From Podospora anserina (lineage: Eukaryota), in NCBI GenBank assembly GCA_017654855.1, contig CM030338.1:2232001-2296000 (forward strand): DNA of 64,000 nt, written 5' to 3'. The translations under genes were made by a program, and so were the position numbers. Shown here piece by piece: positions 61,162 to 64,000 of the stretch. The stretch's first letter is position 1; every line of letters starts with the position of its first letter. The notes below the pieces were generated by a model. The model searched no databases. It was not told the DNA's origin and saw nothing but the letters and a program-made list of their open reading frames with translations.

Positions 61162-62697
61162 TCATGAGTGAAACAGATCCCAAGCTCTCTCACACAGCTT
61201 CAAAAACTCTTCCCTCTTCGCCCTCTGCGTGTCAGGCGAGTCCCTCCCCTCCTCAAACGGCCCCGTCCTCCTGCTCGACCCCGGCGCGTGCGGCGCAGGT
61301 CTGCTCCCGTTCCCCCCCAGCGGCGGGCTGCCGTCCTCGTACTCGGCCCGGCTTCTCTTGACGGGCGGCGCGTGGCTCGGGACGACATTGTTGCTGCTGA
61401 TGCTCCGGCTCGCGTCAGCATACTGCGGTATCCCGTCATATCTCGAGTCTCGCGAGTGTTGTTGCTGCTGTTGCTGCCGCTGCGGGTACGGGTGCGGGGA
61501 CGGTGGTGTTGGGGGTTGCTGCTGGTTGCCTGCGTAGTGTACTAACTTGGGTAAAAGTTCCGGTCTGCCGCCTGCCAGTTCCACCTGGGCTTCCTCGGCC
61601 GACTTGTACTCCCTCGGCCGGCCTGGGGTGGACGCTTGCTGCTGCTGAGGTGGCGGGTGGTGCGGCGACGCAAGAGGGGCGCGGTTCTGGTTGGCAAAGA
61701 GCGCGTGGCCGCTGGATTCTGGGTGTCCGGAAAGGTTCTGTCCAAAAACGTCGGCGATGGGCGGGAGGCGATTGTTTGTTTGCTGGGCTGGGACGTGGTG
61801 AATGTGCGAGTTCCTGGCCAGGTTCGAGGGCTGGTTGGTGATGTGTCGCGTTAGCGGGTGCGGGTTGTGTCTCCCTGTGAAGGTCTGGCCCAGTGGCGCG
61901 GATTGGATCACGCGCTCGTTCGCAAACTGCTCGTGCGACGGCGCAACGATGCTCAGACCTGGCGGAGGCCCACGCTTGCGGGCAAAACCAGGTGTCTTTG
62001 CGGTAAATTGGCCTCCGTCCTTGTCGGCGGGACCGTCGCCCTTGGCCGACTGCTGCTGTAACCTCTGCTCGATAATCTGCCTCTGGTGTTCCCTGACGCT
62101 CATGCTGCGCTGCAGCTGCTCCTTCATGACTGGGTCCTGGGTTACGAAGCCGGGTGACAGGCAGGCCAGACCAACTTCCTGGATGCCCAGGCCGTCTCTG
62201 GCAGTCAGGGGCCGTCCTGTGGCGGGTGAGACAATGTTTGTCGTGTTCTTGGAGAGATCGAGCTTCCTCGGCCGGTGACGGGCTGTGGGCAAATCGGGCG
62301 ATCCAGGCTCCTTCTTGACGATGATTTTGGGGCCTTCTCTGCTTCGAGATCTGTGCGTGGTGCGACGGGACGGATTAGTAACGTTGCCCCAAATGAAACA
62401 ACAGACCCAGGGCTGATGGGCGCAGCGCAGCAGCTGGAAAGGGGGTTTGGAGAGCAAAACTTACGCGCTGGGTGGAGAGGACTTGTGAGCGGTGGGAGCG
62501 GCACCTACACCCTTTGGGCTGCCGCTACCAGTGCGTGCTGGCGCTGGCGCTGGCGCGTTCGGGTTTGCGGACATGGGTGGAGGAGGAGGAATCGACTGTG
62601 TTGGCCTCTGGGCGCTGGGAGATGTGGTGATGTCGTTGCCAAAAGAAGGCCTGTCGTGAGGAGCCGGTGAAGGGGCCATTGCGACTGCGGTGCTCAT
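61162..62697 (-). CDS. Pro/Gln-rich disordered protein with candidate MAPK docking motifs, Dig1-like (473 aa); exons 62697-62465, 62350-61162
   Basis: Intron 62464-62351 (GTAAGT..CTAAT..CAG) joins the 102 and 431 aa ORFs in frame. Motifs RHRPRKLDL, VGLACLSPG, RKRGPPPGLSI and IQSAPL; C-terminal helix KREEFLKLCERAWDLFHS. Confidence 0.8.
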
Positions 62698-64000
62698 GAT
62701 GAGTTGTGTAGCGGTGGCGCGTTGCAGGCAATTCGAGGACTTGGAAGCGGGTTTGGAAAAACCGATCACTCAGATTTCCCCGAAAATTGGGGGGCAGGAC
62801 CTAACGGGGGTGTGAGAGGGCGATCCGAATCGAGAGTGTGTGTGGATGGATGAATGGGTTGAAGCGAGGAAGTGCGGCGGGAAAGAGGCGTCGAGTCTGG
62901 TAGTCGAGTCGAGTCGAGACCACGAATTGGATACTCGGTACTCTGTCTCCTTTTTCTTGGATTAATTGTGTGTCGGCCAGAAGAAAACCGGGCGCTTCTT
63001 TCTCCCTCTCCGACTGCGTTGCGCTGTGCTTGTGCTGTGCTGTGCAATGTGTGCTGTGCTGTGCTGGTAGGTGCTGTGCGTCGGCGTGTTGCTGCAACCA
63101 AATGCTGCAGTTGCTGCACCTTCCTTTTTTTGGCAATGCACGTCGTAAAAGGGAAAGACGACACCACCACCCAAGACTTTTTGACGGGCGCTTGCGCTGG
63201 ATTGGACCTTTGCTGGGATTCGTTGGATTGCTTCGGCCCGGACGTAGATAGTCGTTCCTGTTCTTCTCTAATTCCAATTCCAATTCCAACTATTCCACCT
63301 GCTTAATCTCTTCCTTCGTCCCGTCTTCCTTGTTCCTTTGGGGGAGTCGGCCGATATATAGATGACCAACAAGACTAAATTATTGCGCCGCAGAGAAGCG
63401 GGCACGGGGGATTCGGTGGTGCTGTGTTGGATGACGGAGTGACCGGGGATGGTTTGGATGGTATTACACCTACACGCCACAACTGAGGAGGCCAAGAGTG
63501 CGGTAGCAAGAGTATGAAAAACAAGAAAAAAAACAGAAAAAAGACTCGAGCAAAACAAAGTGCGATCGAGGGTTATTTTGTTCCGGAGACGAGAAGAGAG
63601 AGAGAGAGAGAGAGAGGAGAGGGAATGTGTGTGAAATAATAATAAGGGGGAGGGGTACTGTTTCTAGTTTCTGGCGCGGGGGAAGGGGGGAGGGATGATG
63701 ATGGGATGGAAAAAGGATGAGGGGCTGTCTGTGAGACGGCGGCGGGATTCTTTTTAGGGGAACACAACTCGCATGGCCGGAGCTACACTACGCAGGTAAA
63801 AGGGCCAGTTCTGCCAGTCGTATAAGCGTGAACCGGGGGGCCTCTGGTATTAAAGGAGACGACGCAGACACGGTGATGCAAGTTGTGTGTGAGGTCTGTG
63901 GCTACTCCCTTGGTCACAGGTGGTCAGCCAGAGCGAGCTCTGATGGACGATGACCGTCAGTGGCTCTAGTGTTTGAGATTCGACGTCGTGGAGCACCAAG

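Overview
Gene-dense, intron-containing DNA from a filamentous ascomycete. Short GT..CTAAC/CTGAC..AG introns, microsatellite-rich UTRs and the protein sequences suggest Sordariales, possibly Podospora-like (inference). I can build 17 protein-coding gene models by hand: URB2, MIC10, a single-TM orphan, an Smr-domain protein with a CaaX box, G-alpha-i gna-1, a DUF3716-like polyQ protein, a DUF4419-like protein, TSC10, SAS10/UTP3, a conserved hydrophilic hypothetical protein, a secreted SGNH hydrolase, the STE11 MAPKKK, a CARMIL-like LRR protein, BET5, a CaMKK, a HAL4/SAT4 kinase and a Dig1-like protein with candidate MAPK-docking motifs. There are two tRNAs (Gln-CTG; intron-containing Leu-AAG). 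I saw no transposon or CRISPR. The most unexpected signal is a tandem pair of ~140-nt RNA polymerase III-type units at 46142-46282 and 46452-46595. They have an AT-rich upstream box, A-box, B-box and oligo-T terminator at essentially identical spacing, plus a 5'/3' panhandle with a compensatory base change, but do not fold as tRNAs. They are a candidate undescribed small non-coding RNA family. Splice sites were read by eye and family assignments come from motif recognition, not database searches.
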